From NCBI GenBank assembly GCA_963924565.1, contig OZ004609.1:22382001-22446000 (forward strand): DNA of 64,000 nucleotides, given 5' to 3'. Below are positions 12,901 through 24,900 of this stretch, one piece after another. A program made the translations under genes and the position numbers. The notes below the pieces were generated by a model. That model was not told the origin of the DNA. It saw only the letters and a list, made by a program, of their open reading frames with translations, and made no database searches. The stretch's first letter is position 1. Each line of letters starts with the position of its first letter. Source of the stretch: Ascidiella aspersa. Lineage: Eukaryota.

Positions 12901-14228
12901 TAAAAAGTTGAGCGACACCTAAAAATCCTTTTATAGAATGACACAATTAAAACTCAGGGTCAATTTGTTTTAAAGTCATGCGAAATAACTGTGGAAAATA
13001 AGATATTCAATTAAATGTAGGGTCGTAGTTTTGATTGGTGCGAACGTTTTACCATTTTTTCGTTCAAATTTTAATTGAAAAGGCCTGAATCCGATATGTT
13101 ATAAAATAATGCTGGTTTATCGCTATTTGTTATTTAAAAGTAAGTTAATTTATTGCAGGCGTCTATTGGAAGACTTGCACTTGTACGACGTACTGCGGTC
13201 CGATCGGAGTACTGCAGCGTTTGGTTTGGAGGTTCGAGCGCCATTCCTTGACCACGCTTTCACTTCTTACTTTCTGTCCGTTCCGGCTGAAATGAGAGCA
13301 CCCAGGGTATAGCCTTTTCACATAAATATTATTATAGCATATGCAAAAAATTACTTCAATTAACATAGCAAAGGAAAACCTTTTTCATAATATTTGTCGA
13401 TCAACAGCTTTAAAGAGTTTTAATTTACGAATTTCAGGAGGGCGTTGAGAAACATCTGGTTCGTTCCTCGTTCGACGGAACAGATCTTCTTCCCGATGAG
13501 ATTCTCTGGCGGAGAAAGGAAGCTTTCAGCGACGGCGTGTCATCAAGGAAGAAGTCTTGGTTTGAAATCCTCCAAGATCACATCTATGATAAGGTTCGCT
13601 GTTGTTTTGTGCCATTGACTCAATCGTACAGAAAACAGATGTTCCAAACATAGGTTTAGATGTCTTAAAAGCGGCCGACGCGACAAAGAAGAATTATGTT
13701 TTATTGTAGTTGTGTTATTGTTTCAATTTAGCTAAAAATTGATACCGCTAAAATGCATTTCGCTTCGAAACCTGTATGGGTTTTGAAACGTCTCTATATA
13801 TTATATTACTAAACGTTGTTAACACAGATCAGTTTTTTCTTTGGCATCTAGGCGTACTTACATGTAGGACATTTTTGCGATATTTTGTTGTTATATATTA
13901 GGTCTTCCTAATATCAACCGCAGTGTTTAATGCTAGATATCCCTATAAAATGTTCAGATCGTTAAGTAACCACCACGTGCTCTCTTCGGTGACCAACAAC
14001 CTATTTATTCGACAGGTATCGGACGACGAACTCTCGCAAGCGGCCGTCACATTCCCGCACAACCCGCCGCGCACCAAAGAGGCCTACTACTACAGGACGG
14101 TGTTCGAGCGCCACTACGGCTCGCACATGTCGGCCCTTATTCCCTACCAGTGGATGCCGCGGTGGATGGGCGATTGCAACGACCCAAGCGCTCGCGTTCT
14201 CTCCCACTATAAAAACGACGAAGAGTAG
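6978..14228 (+). CDS. ASNS: Asparagine synthetase (glutamine-hydrolysing), ~12 exons
   Basis: N-terminal MCGIW (Ntn Cys), [85 protein letters not shown]. Confidence 0.96.
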
Positions 14229-15853
14229 CCGACAAGTTGGAGTCGTCAAATGAGCGATGTGCAAAAACGACTAAATTTGCGTCGAAATGTATTGCGTTTT
14301 CACCACTTAAATTGATACGCCGTCACCCTGCGCTTATTTCTTATACCAGGGACAGAATTCGAGTTATTATACCTAATTACTTTTTAAAACCTTCACTAAT
14401 TTACTTTCCACGTATAGGCTACTCGCTGTGCTACAAGAGTAACTCTCATGGCTTAAAATTTGCGTTTTTCACATGTTAGAAATTTATAAAATTTCTATAA
14501 ATTAGTAACGCTGACCATGCATAGCGGTGGCTTTATTGTTTTAAATCTTTCTTCCACTTTGCTTGACTCTATTCGTTACATCGTTTTAACGAACAAATTT
14601 ATTTGCAATATTTTCTATACAAGCTTTTTCGAACAAATAAATCTAAACTCCAAGGCCCTAAGATTAGTACCTACTACTAAAAGACAAGCTCCACAAATTC
14701 TGAAATAATATTGAATTTACTCAAATCCATTTCTTTTTGCAAGTCAAAGCTTTTAAGCCCGTAAATGCCATATGCGAAAATCAGCCAGACGTTACTTAGA
14801 AATTAGCTGATAGTGCGATAGTGCAGGAAACCGGATATAGCAAGGAAATTAGCCTACTATAAAGGCGTGTACTCCTTTATAAATGGGACTTTAATATAAA
14901 AAACAACACAATTGAGTGACTCTAGCCTTAACCAGAACGAACAACAGCATCGGCTGAACTTTTGCGTTTAATTGGATATTGATGTTTTAAATTTCACGAT
15001 GAGTGCAAAATTACTGGAATGCAAAAAACAAATTTTGGTTTAAGCAGAGGATTGCTTTTTAAAATTCAAATTAATAAAGGCATTAAAGCTTACTTCGGTC
15101 CAGATGCAAAGTAAATTTTCTATGCAGCTGTTAAATATATTCAAATTTATTCCCGACCGTTTATAAGTAGAGTTTTGGTTAAACGTTGCGAAACCACCTT
15201 TGTTTCTACTGTAGCTTGCCAACGTCAGCAACAGGACTAATGAAACGTGATGTTCACGGTTCGGTCCTAGTGCACATTGTATATCTTATATAGGCCTATA
15301 GGCCTATTATATTTTTGAAAATACGGTCAACCCCACGAGGAGTTGTTGGTTACATAATTAGGCTATGAGGATATAGTTCCAAGGATCTCAGGCGGGCGGA
15401 TCTAGGACTTTTATTAAGGGGGAGAGAGCGAAATTGTTAGAGATGACGTCACAATAGAAGAAATTTACATAAAATTGCAGCTATCGAGCGAACTGGTCAA
15501 AAAATGCAACTGACAAGAAAATGCGTTTGCTTGGCTTTTGTTCAAACGTGACTTAAGATCTTATGCTTCAAAAGCATAAAAAGTGCGTGCGAAGCCTCCT
15601 AGATGACTTTTTACATTACGTCAGTGCTCCGTTTTCCCCCTATTCATATTGCCAACCACACAAAAAGGGTAAACAACAAAGGGTCAAAGGGCGACACTTA
15701 TCCTCAGTCGTTCAATCGACTGCGAGTGTAGTTCATCACGTGATCACGGTAATCATTGGAGCGTTACAGTGTTCATTGCGGTGACTATTATACAACAGAA
15801 CAGTCGAGTAATTGCGTTTCTAGCCAATGTTGCGCACAACAGCACAAGGTTTA

Positions 15854-16078
15854 AGGCCCGTTTACACTATAGCTGCACCGAGCTGAGCAAAGCGTAATTT
15901 GCATTTATATTTTATTGTGGCGAGCGTTTCACGCTTTGCTAAACTCAAGCCCAGTGCAGCAGCTGCAGCTAGCTTAAAGTTACGCTTTGCTAAACTAAGT
16001 CCAGTGCAGCAATAGAAAAACGTTACGTTTTTGAGCGATTTTTACGCCCAGCGCAGCTCACTGCAGCTGTAGTGAAAA
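15854..16078. mobile_element. PIF/Harbinger-like MITE, copy 1 (right end degenerate)
   Basis: Begins AGGCCCGTTTACACTA after TTA; internal sequence matches 19864-20103 in inverted orientation; internal ~38-bp tandem duplication. Confidence 0.6.
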
Positions 16079-16350
16079 TAATTATAAACTACAAAAACTA
16101 CTAGTCTTTAAACATGTCTAGGCGTTTTGCTTTAAAAACAGCATAATTTTATATCAGCTACATGTTCGTTACCAATGCAGAAGCTAGATTTGTTACTGTA
16201 GTTGCTAGTTTTGCGTTTCTGGTTAAGCAATATTTGAAATTGACTGCTAGTGCAAGCTTTGTATTATGAAATTAACTGCAAGCTTTTGTATTATTCAAAG
16301 TTGTTCCTTTTACCTAACCCAATGAAATTTGTGAAAAGCGTGTTACAGGT

Positions 16351-18026
16351 ATGGCAGGTAATATGTTATTTTTACTTATTCTGACTGTTTTGTTTGCAAT
16401 TACAATAAAGTATTGGAAGCAGTTTGTGGAATTACTTCGCTTCAGGATTAAATTACGAAGACTTCCTTGGTATAATAGAATAGCCTACCCCATCATCGGA
16501 CATGCCTACTTGCTGCCCAGGGACACGGCCGACTTTTTTCGATTTATAACAGTACAAATGAACGACTATATTCTGGAAACTAAAAACAAATTCTGGCTAA
16601 ACTGGCTTGGACCCGTTCCAATGATCGCGGCGGTGCACCCAGACGTGGTTGAAGTTATTCTTCGAAGTTCGAAGCACACCCAAAAGTCTTTCGTGTATAA
16701 CTTCCTGCACCCTTGGCTTGGATTTGGCCTGCTTACTTCAAGCGGCGAAAAATGGCTTCAGCGCAGGCGCCTGATCACTCCGTCATTTCACTTCAACATT
16801 TTGCAGGAGTTTTTGGATGTGATGAACGAACAGAGTTCGAAGATGCTTAAACTTGTTAAAGCGAATAGAGGTGCGGGAATTCAAGTTGATCTGAGTAAGG
16901 CCGTCACTTTATGTGCCCTTGACATCATATGCGAGACGGCAATGGGACAAAGTGTTGACGCACAGGCAAACGAGGATTCGGAATATGTCAAATCAATAAA
17001 CAGGTAAAATTTGTGAAAAGTTGGCAAATGCCGTTTTTTAAGATTTTGCTTCAAACTCTGCCTGGACTAACTTATATAAGATAATGTATCTTTATGAAAT
17101 CGGAAACCATTGGTGTTTCACTAGGGTTTTTAAAGTGTTATAGTTTACTGTAATAACTTACATACGTTTTTATTAGGATGACAGAAATTGTACAGCTTCG
17201 CCAAAAGACTCCATTTTATTGGTGGGACTATGCATTTAAGAAGTTGAAGCTGGGAAAAGAACATGACCAGCATCTCAAAGTCCTTCATGGCTTCACTAAA
17301 AAGGTTATCAAAGAGAGAATTAAAACCAAGGACGAAAAAAATATCTCAAGGCGTATGGCATTCCTGGACGTTTTGATTCACGCCAAAACTGAAGATGGAG
17401 ATTCGCTCTCGCTCTCTGACATCCAAGAGGAGGTCGATACTTTCATGTTTGAAGGTCACGACACGACAGCTGCCGCTATGACGTGGTGCCTCTATCTCCT
17501 TGGAAGACACCCTGAAATACAAAAGCGCGTTCATGAAGAAATTGACGAGGTGCTGCCTGGTGACCGCCAACCCGGTATGGAAGACCTGAAAAAACTTAAG
17601 TACTTAGAACAAGTCATAAAGGAAGCTCTTCGCCTTTATCCTTCGGTTCCGCTAATGGCGAGAGTGACAACTGAGGATTGCCTGGTGGAAGGTTACACGA
17701 TTCCCCCAAACACAGACGTAGTAATCCAAGTATACAACGTTCACAGACACCCGATGGTTTGGCACGATCCCGACAGGTTTGACCCGGATCGCTTCACGAA
17801 AGAGAACAGCATCGGTCGCCACCCTTACGCCTACATTCCCTTTTCGGCTGGTCCAAGAAACTGCATCGGCCAGAAGTTTGCGCTGATGGAAGAGAAAGTG
17901 ATTCTTTCTCGACTGCTTCGCACTTACCGCATCACGTGTGATACCCCAGATAACGATTTAAAGATCACCGGGGACTTGATACTTCGTCCGTTGGATCAGC
18001 TAATCTTTCACATGGTCGAGCGTTAA
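16351..18026 (+). CDS. Cytochrome P450 family 4 (CYP4V-like) #1; exons 16351-17003 and 17177-18026
   Basis: N-terminal anchor, FLHPWLG, WLQRRRLITPSFHF, EEVDTFMFEGHDTT, EALR, FDPDRF, heme motif PFSAGPRNCIG. Confidence 0.95.
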
Positions 18027-18902
18027 ACAATAGCAGAAGCAGAAGACTTTTGTACATAGCAGAACTGAGAAATAGCAGTCAACAGTCTATTTTATGTTTT
18101 AGTGTTTTCTTCATTGTCGATTGATATCGCTACTTTTTATTGCAATTGCTCGTAATCTTTGCTTACAACATCCAGTGCAAATTTCAAACGCTTTTTATTG
18201 GTCGTAAGACTTTGGCGGCAATAACATTCATTAAAGAGAAAAAACTAAAATTTGCAAACGGTGAAAGCGCAATGGGGTCATTGCTGCGCACAGTGAAAAT
18301 CTTTTAAAGGTAGTGCGTAAAAGTAAAAAAAGGAATGCTTTAAACGTGTTTTGAGAACAGGGTTAAAATTCGGAAGCGGTAAGTTAAATTTAACAGTCGT
18401 AAATTTTGATTTAGACTATTTTGAAACTTTTCAAGAGCTCAAACAGGACACATAAAAATAATCATTACAATTTTCTAGCGCAACCTAATAATACTGGTAG
18501 ATTTTTAACATTTAATACAGCACTAGAGCACACGATTATCAATCTGAACACACAGCCTTGCTCAAACTTGCTCAGCAATCGTACAAAGCGCACGCAACAA
18601 ATAAAACAATTTGGCGACAGTGAAAAAATAGAAACTTTTTGCGAAAAAAACACATTGTTTTAAGCAATCACTTGCCACACAGTATGGAAACCCAGCGCAG
18701 GGCAACAAATGAAGTGATGAGATGGAACACTTTTTGGTTTCGCAACGTCGAGCAATCGTACACGAAAAAGTCAAGTGAACGCCCCGCCCAATGATAGGTT
18801 GTTAGGTACAGTGCTACACCTGAATTAAAGAGGAACACACAATAAGACCTAAAAAGCAACATTACCGAAAAATCTATAAAACCATAGTGTACGAACTGTG
18901 TT

Positions 18903-21900
18903 TTATTCCGAAGTTGGCCTTGTTCTTATTTCGGTCTTATGGCTAGAGTCCAGGTAAACACGCAATGCAGTTACGAAGACAGTGCACTTGCTTATGCAAA
19001 ACTTGTCACTACACAAAACGTATATTATTCCTACCATTTGAGATATTTACAAACTATAGTTGGAAAAATGCGGTATAAGAAATGTCCGACCTAATAAGGA
19101 AAAACTTAAAAACAAAAATTGAAATAGAGCTTTTCAGGGTAAAAATTCCGCCGTGAAGCCATTTTCATTGGGTATGTTGACTTCGATTTAAACAATGGTG
19201 TCTATGATACTGTATAAAAATACTCACCTTTTGACGACGTCGCCAAATAATGCTTTGGGTTTGTTCGAAATATCGTAGTAACCACTCTCTTGCAGAACTC
19301 GTTCGATTATCGTCTGCAACAACAAGGCTCGCGATATGTTTGTAACATCAAGTCCGCATTTGGACTGTACGATAGGTTTGGGGTAAATGCAAGTAGACCT
19401 CTCTTCGGCTTAAATTAACCTCAACATTTTCCAAGATTTTAAGGCGTTTGTTTTAAGCATTAACCGTAACTTAAGGTTATCTTCGCCAGTAAAGGGCATT
19501 TTAACAAATTCCAAAGTGGATCTACAACCCATCGCTTGCCAGATGACATATTTACAGTAGAAGAAAAAATGAGTGCAACCCCACCATAAAACAAGCGTTA
19601 CTTCACCGACCTGCATCTGCGCGTAAGTGATGCCCTCCTCGTAAAGCTTGCCTCCGTCGGTCACCGTGGAAACGTAGCAGCTTCCCAACAGCTCCCGCGC
19701 CTCCGACTCCTGCGCGGCTCTCTGCGTCAGGTTTGAGGAGGAAGAAGAGGAAGAAGAAGATGGAGCGTCCACGATAAAGCCGAGATCGATGGTCTCGTGT
19801 GATCCCGTGAGAAGCTGGAAGCGGATTGTTTGTTGTCGTGAGTAGGAAAAATAGTAGGGTTTATGGCCCGTTTATACTACAGATGAGCTGAGTTGGGCGT
19901 GAAATTATTTACACTATACAGCTGACAACTACTAACAAGGCAAGTTCACTTCCACGCTGCGATGTCCAGTCGAGCAAAGCTTGAAAATCGCTCTAAAGCG
20001 TATTTTTTTCAGGGCGTGAGTTGGGCAAAGCGTGAAATGCTCGCGACAATATAAACTAAATGCGCTTTGCTCAGCTCACCGCTGCTGTAGTGCAAAAGGG
20101 CCTTAAGTTGTTTACGATATGCATTTGTTGGTTTGCTAAATACTATACGCAACCCAAAAAATCGGGGATCGAAATGATCGAGCTTCTTTTGAAAAACAGC
20201 GACACTATATAAGAATAAAATGTTGCCGATGTAATAAGTTATTACTAATAACACACTGGCGGTGGTTTGAGTTGTTGACGAAAGATTGGAAAGTGAAAAC
20301 ATATATTTCGATTTTATCGATTATTCTCGCGTCGATATTTGTATTAAAAACTCAATTTCGTTTAAACATCTTCAAAATAAATTTTCATGGGGCACTAAGA
20401 AAGTTCCCCGACCTTATTTCAACCGTTTGTTTTGTTTTAAAAAATGTTTTGTTTGAAAAACAAACCAGGGTAAGGTAAATAAGTCGCAACCAATAACACA
20501 GACCTTTAATTGGCGCGAGGCAATGACTCTCAACCATTTTCAACCCGTGGACCCCGCTATTCAAAACTCAATTCCCTCTAAGAAAAATAGCAGCTGTAAA
20601 TTATACGAAGAGACTTTTTCACCTCGCTAGATTAGTACCAAATTATTAGTAATCAAGTTTGAATATATATTTTATCCCGTTTATGAAAAATTCCTGTACT
20701 GCTTCGATTTTAAAGCGGGCTCTGGTCATAACTGGCATTGCTATATTTCATCACCAACTAAATTTGCTTTTTTGGTCGAATTTCGAATTTTCATGTTACT
20801 TTTTAAAAAATACCTCAAAATCCTCCAGGAGAATTCCACCCCGGTTAAGAACCTGTGGCGTAAGGCAATATACAGAAAAGATGAATAGATTGCGGTAACC
20901 TTACTTACATGTTTGGCAAGTGTTTACTGTAATAGAACAATCAAACGAATTGACACTCTTAGAAATCGGCACACCGGTTTGGAAAGCGCTTAATAGCAGG
21001 AACACTGCGACAGCGCAGGTAAACAAGTAAGGCGAAACCGACCTTTTTCAACTCGTCCTTGAGCCCAAGTGACCTGCTGTTGGGTGAGAAGAGCGCCCTC
21101 TTGTAGCGAGAAATGATGCGTCGGCGGTAGTTTACGTCACTGGTGGGCGGAAGCTAAAAAACAATAAAAAAAAACAATTTCTGAAAATAGCTTGCTGCTA
21201 CAGACTCTAGTGCCCCTATTTTGTTCGCTTTCAGTGTCAAACGAATGTAAATTAGGAATACTTACCTGACGGGGGTCTTTAACCGGATCACTGTGGGGTC
21301 TGTGTCCTGGCATTTTTTTTCCTGGGTAAAACCGGGTTTTTTTTGGCCAGTATAAAACTAAAATTATTACTAATACTGACACTTACCTATTACCTACACC
21401 AAAACAAAAAGGCGAAAAGTTGACCTTCTGCCAATGCGCAGTTATAACTCGGGCCCACCTCCCTGTGGCGGCACCATATCCCTTTGGGAATGGTTGTCCG
21501 GAGAGGGCCTGAACCATTACTGACACTTCAGACATTATCGGCCTCCTTTTTGGCCAATGGGAAGACAAAGCCACTACCCTCTTACCTTTTACTTTACTCT
21601 TACTTTCTTTGCTTTCTTTTAGTTAGCAAAAAAAAAAAATGTAAATTAGGAAGTAGAACATGAGAGCTGGACTCGACACCTGTCTTGTCATTTTGGATAA
21701 GTATGGCCTGATACCGGTAAGTGTGGAGATCTATTTATGTCCGATATAATACCAAGTATTGACCCAATACCCTAGGTCAGGGGTCACCAAACTACGGCCC
21801 ACTGAGTTAGTTAATCCAGTCGCGGCATATTTCCTAAATGAAGATGAAGTATAGTTAAAATGTTTTGGGATGTAATTAAAACTAAATTTCAGTAAAATTG

Positions 21901-24900
21901 CAAACTGTACTACAATTTATTAAGGCTCACTACATTTATTATTGCATAATTATTTCACGAAAAAGACGTTCTTCCATAATTAAAGATTAAAGTGGAGTTG
22001 ACTTTTATTTAATTAAAAATATTTATATGACAAAATTTAGAAATGAATGCCTGTTAAGGACTATTTCACGTGGAATCACGAATACTGAACAGCGGGCCTA
22101 TTGAGGACACGTGAGGAACAGTTAGGCTACAATTATCCAGTTTAGAATGTGAGCTGATAAATCCTAGCCCTTGCTTTTAAAGTGGCCAACATGGGGTAGC
22201 TCTTCAATCACGCACCTGATCGATGAAGATGATCTTGTGAAGCTGGATGAGTGCCTGTTGAACCGGATCGCTGATCTCGCGAAGTTTGCTCGGAGACATG
22301 CTCAGCATCCGAGCAGATCCGGAGGTGGAGGAGGCTGCAAGGAAGACGACTCAGTTGGAAGAAAAATCGCAAGTGATTCTCGAACAAGGAAGTATATCTT
22401 ATGAATGGAGGTTGTAATTGCCAGGGAGTCTTGTTTTTACAAAACGACTTTTGGGCGACGCTATTCACACTTTAAAATGTTTGATCCCAGAGCCTTTTAG
22501 ATCCAGTTTCTCACTGCTGGTTATACTTACATGGTCGGCTTCGGGCAGAATACTGTCCTCTAGCTTGTTCTCGCGACGCAGTGATCCGATTTAGAGAAGA
22601 AGGACGCTGATCTGAAGAACCGTTTCGATTGCCTGTGCAAAATGCATTATTAATTAAAATATGCTTTAAATAGCGTGGTAGTATCGATAAGGTGGTTTCA
22701 CTGTTGAGCTGATGTTTGTCCAACAATTTCGGATTGAGCTGTTACTCGATGTCAAGCGATAGTATCGGTACTTATTCAATACTAGGGTAGTATCAGTACC
22801 AACCAATATCACATTAAGTTTAGCATTTAATCCATGATTTATCTAATTAGCGTTTTCCACTTCAAACTGTAATTATTTTAGAAAGTAGCATATTACCAAT
22901 AAAGGTAACGAAGTTTTTCAGCGCTAGACCACGATTTTTTCTTAACGACACCACCCCCAATTGTGGAATAAGGCAATGCGACCGTATTATTACTATTTAC
23001 CATATTCAAAGTAAAATTGTATTATAAACTTGCCCAAATCACTTTTAGCAATGGTCATTATTACCCGTGCAAGTTTTAATTGACTATATATCTTAATTTT
23101 TAGAAACATGGCTATATATTTCCGCATTATTATACATTTCAAATTATAACAATTGTGTTGCAATCCACCCACTGTTTCGGCTTGTCGAATGCTCTACGGA
23201 AGTAATATTTACTTTGCATGCTTAATTGCTTACACAAGATCACCGTCTCATGTTCGCACATAGGTAAATGATTAGCAGAACCATAGCTCGCTTTTAACGC
23301 CAGGTGACTAACCATCAAAGGAAAACATAACACTGAACAAACATAATAAAAAAAATCGTTTTACACAGCAAAAAAAACATGTATTTAGAGGCAAACTGTT
23401 GGCTTTGAAATTATGTTGACATTCAAAACCAACCGGTCATGTCGAAGCTGAGGGCTCTTCGTGGTGCTGCGTTCCTCAGGTCGGGACTGGGTGGATGCGG
23501 TTGCCTAGAACCGGCTGAAACCGGTCTTGCCCGGTTGCTATTCTTGCTCGGCGTTTCTTCTGTAGACAAGCAGTAGTTTTTACCAGTTAGTAAGGGGCTT
23601 GTGAATTAACAGTGCTTTCCTATAGTTATTCAAAGTTTATTTGTGGAAGAAAAGACAAATATAACTTAAGTTAACGCACGTCCGCTGAGAATATGTGTTA
23701 CTTTTACCCGACATTTCGATCTACGTTTATGTTTCTTGACTAACCTTGAGCAGTGTCGTTTCGCACTTGTCCTGATAATGATTCGAAGCCCAATGATTCA
23801 GTATTCTCGTCGCCTTAAAAATAGAAATGTTTAAGTTGTATAATGCTTAATAATGGCGCTGTTTCACGGTCAGTTTGACTGGCTTTTTAGACAGTTTTCG
23901 AACAAATTTAAAATACTTTTAAAGACAAAAGCCAGGACATTTAAACCAAACGGCGAAACAAAATACCAGGGACAGTCAAATCAGCGAAATTCGATTGTTC
24001 GATGTCAAAGTGTAGCCCTTAAACGTTTGGGCACAAGCCCAGTAAAGCAACCATGAAACCAACGCATAGCGCTTAAGTTTAGCAACCTTTCCTTGTATCC
24101 TTGATGACATCGTTTATCTCATCCTGTTCGACCAAACCGTTCTTATTCAATAACTCACCGTTCGCGCTGAACACCTCAGTGTCGCTCGAGTTGGTTCGCG
24201 ACGGGCTTGTCGTGGCCTGTGATGACGTCACGCTTCCGGCGGAGATCTCCAAAGGCTTGCCCAAACGTTCCGAGCTTTCCTGCGCAACGTTAGTGGTAAA
24301 TATGAAGTAGACGTATATGCGCTGAACAATGTGAATCGTCACAATGAAAAGAATGTTGCTTGATAATGCATTGCAAAGCCGAAAAGCTAGATCAGTGGTT
24401 TTAACCTTTTATGCTTCGTGGCCCCCTTTGAAAGGTTCTCGACCCTCGTGCCCCCCTGCTTATAAAAATACCAAGCATTGTGTTTAACGTATTTACTTAA
24501 CTTGGTTAGTCATTATAAATCTTATTCTTCGACGCCATCAAGGTATTTTTTATCTTCGGCTCTGTTTTGTACTGAGACAAGCGATGTCACTACATTCGTC
24601 GAGATGATTACTCGATTTTCCTTTTATTAATGCGTTGCTATAAGTCTACGTGACAAATAAGTTGTGCGTGAACCGCTTAATGTTGGCCTAAAAATGACCT
24701 TGAATAACCCTGTAGCATGCTTTATGCCAGTGGTCGGCAAACTTTTTTGTCGCGGCCCAAAGTACTCTTTTCGGGGCTATTGAAGGCCCGCGTAAAACCA
24801 TTTGATTTTAAGATGAAATATAACACGGTGCCTTGGTGCCCCAAAGACTACCATTCGCGCGAAAAAAAATTCAATTACATACAGTTTAAGTTGGCAAAAA

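Noticed and set aside
15854-20103. Composite transposon that carried CYP4 #1
   Set aside because: The interval also contains the last NEK10 exons in their normal position
21258-21420. Functional U1 snRNA gene
   Set aside because: Similarity stops after ~52 nt; no stem-loop II (ATTGCAC loop), Sm site or stem-loop IV
21451-21510. HDV-like ribozyme
   Set aside because: ACCTCCCTGTGG resembles P3/L3, but no consistent P1, P1.1 or J4/2 was found by eye
21137-21574. Minus-strand ORFs with a perfect donor, as a possible extra NEK10 exon
   Set aside because: The flanking exons join directly (IDQ|LPP) and the segment lies within a TSD-flanked insertion
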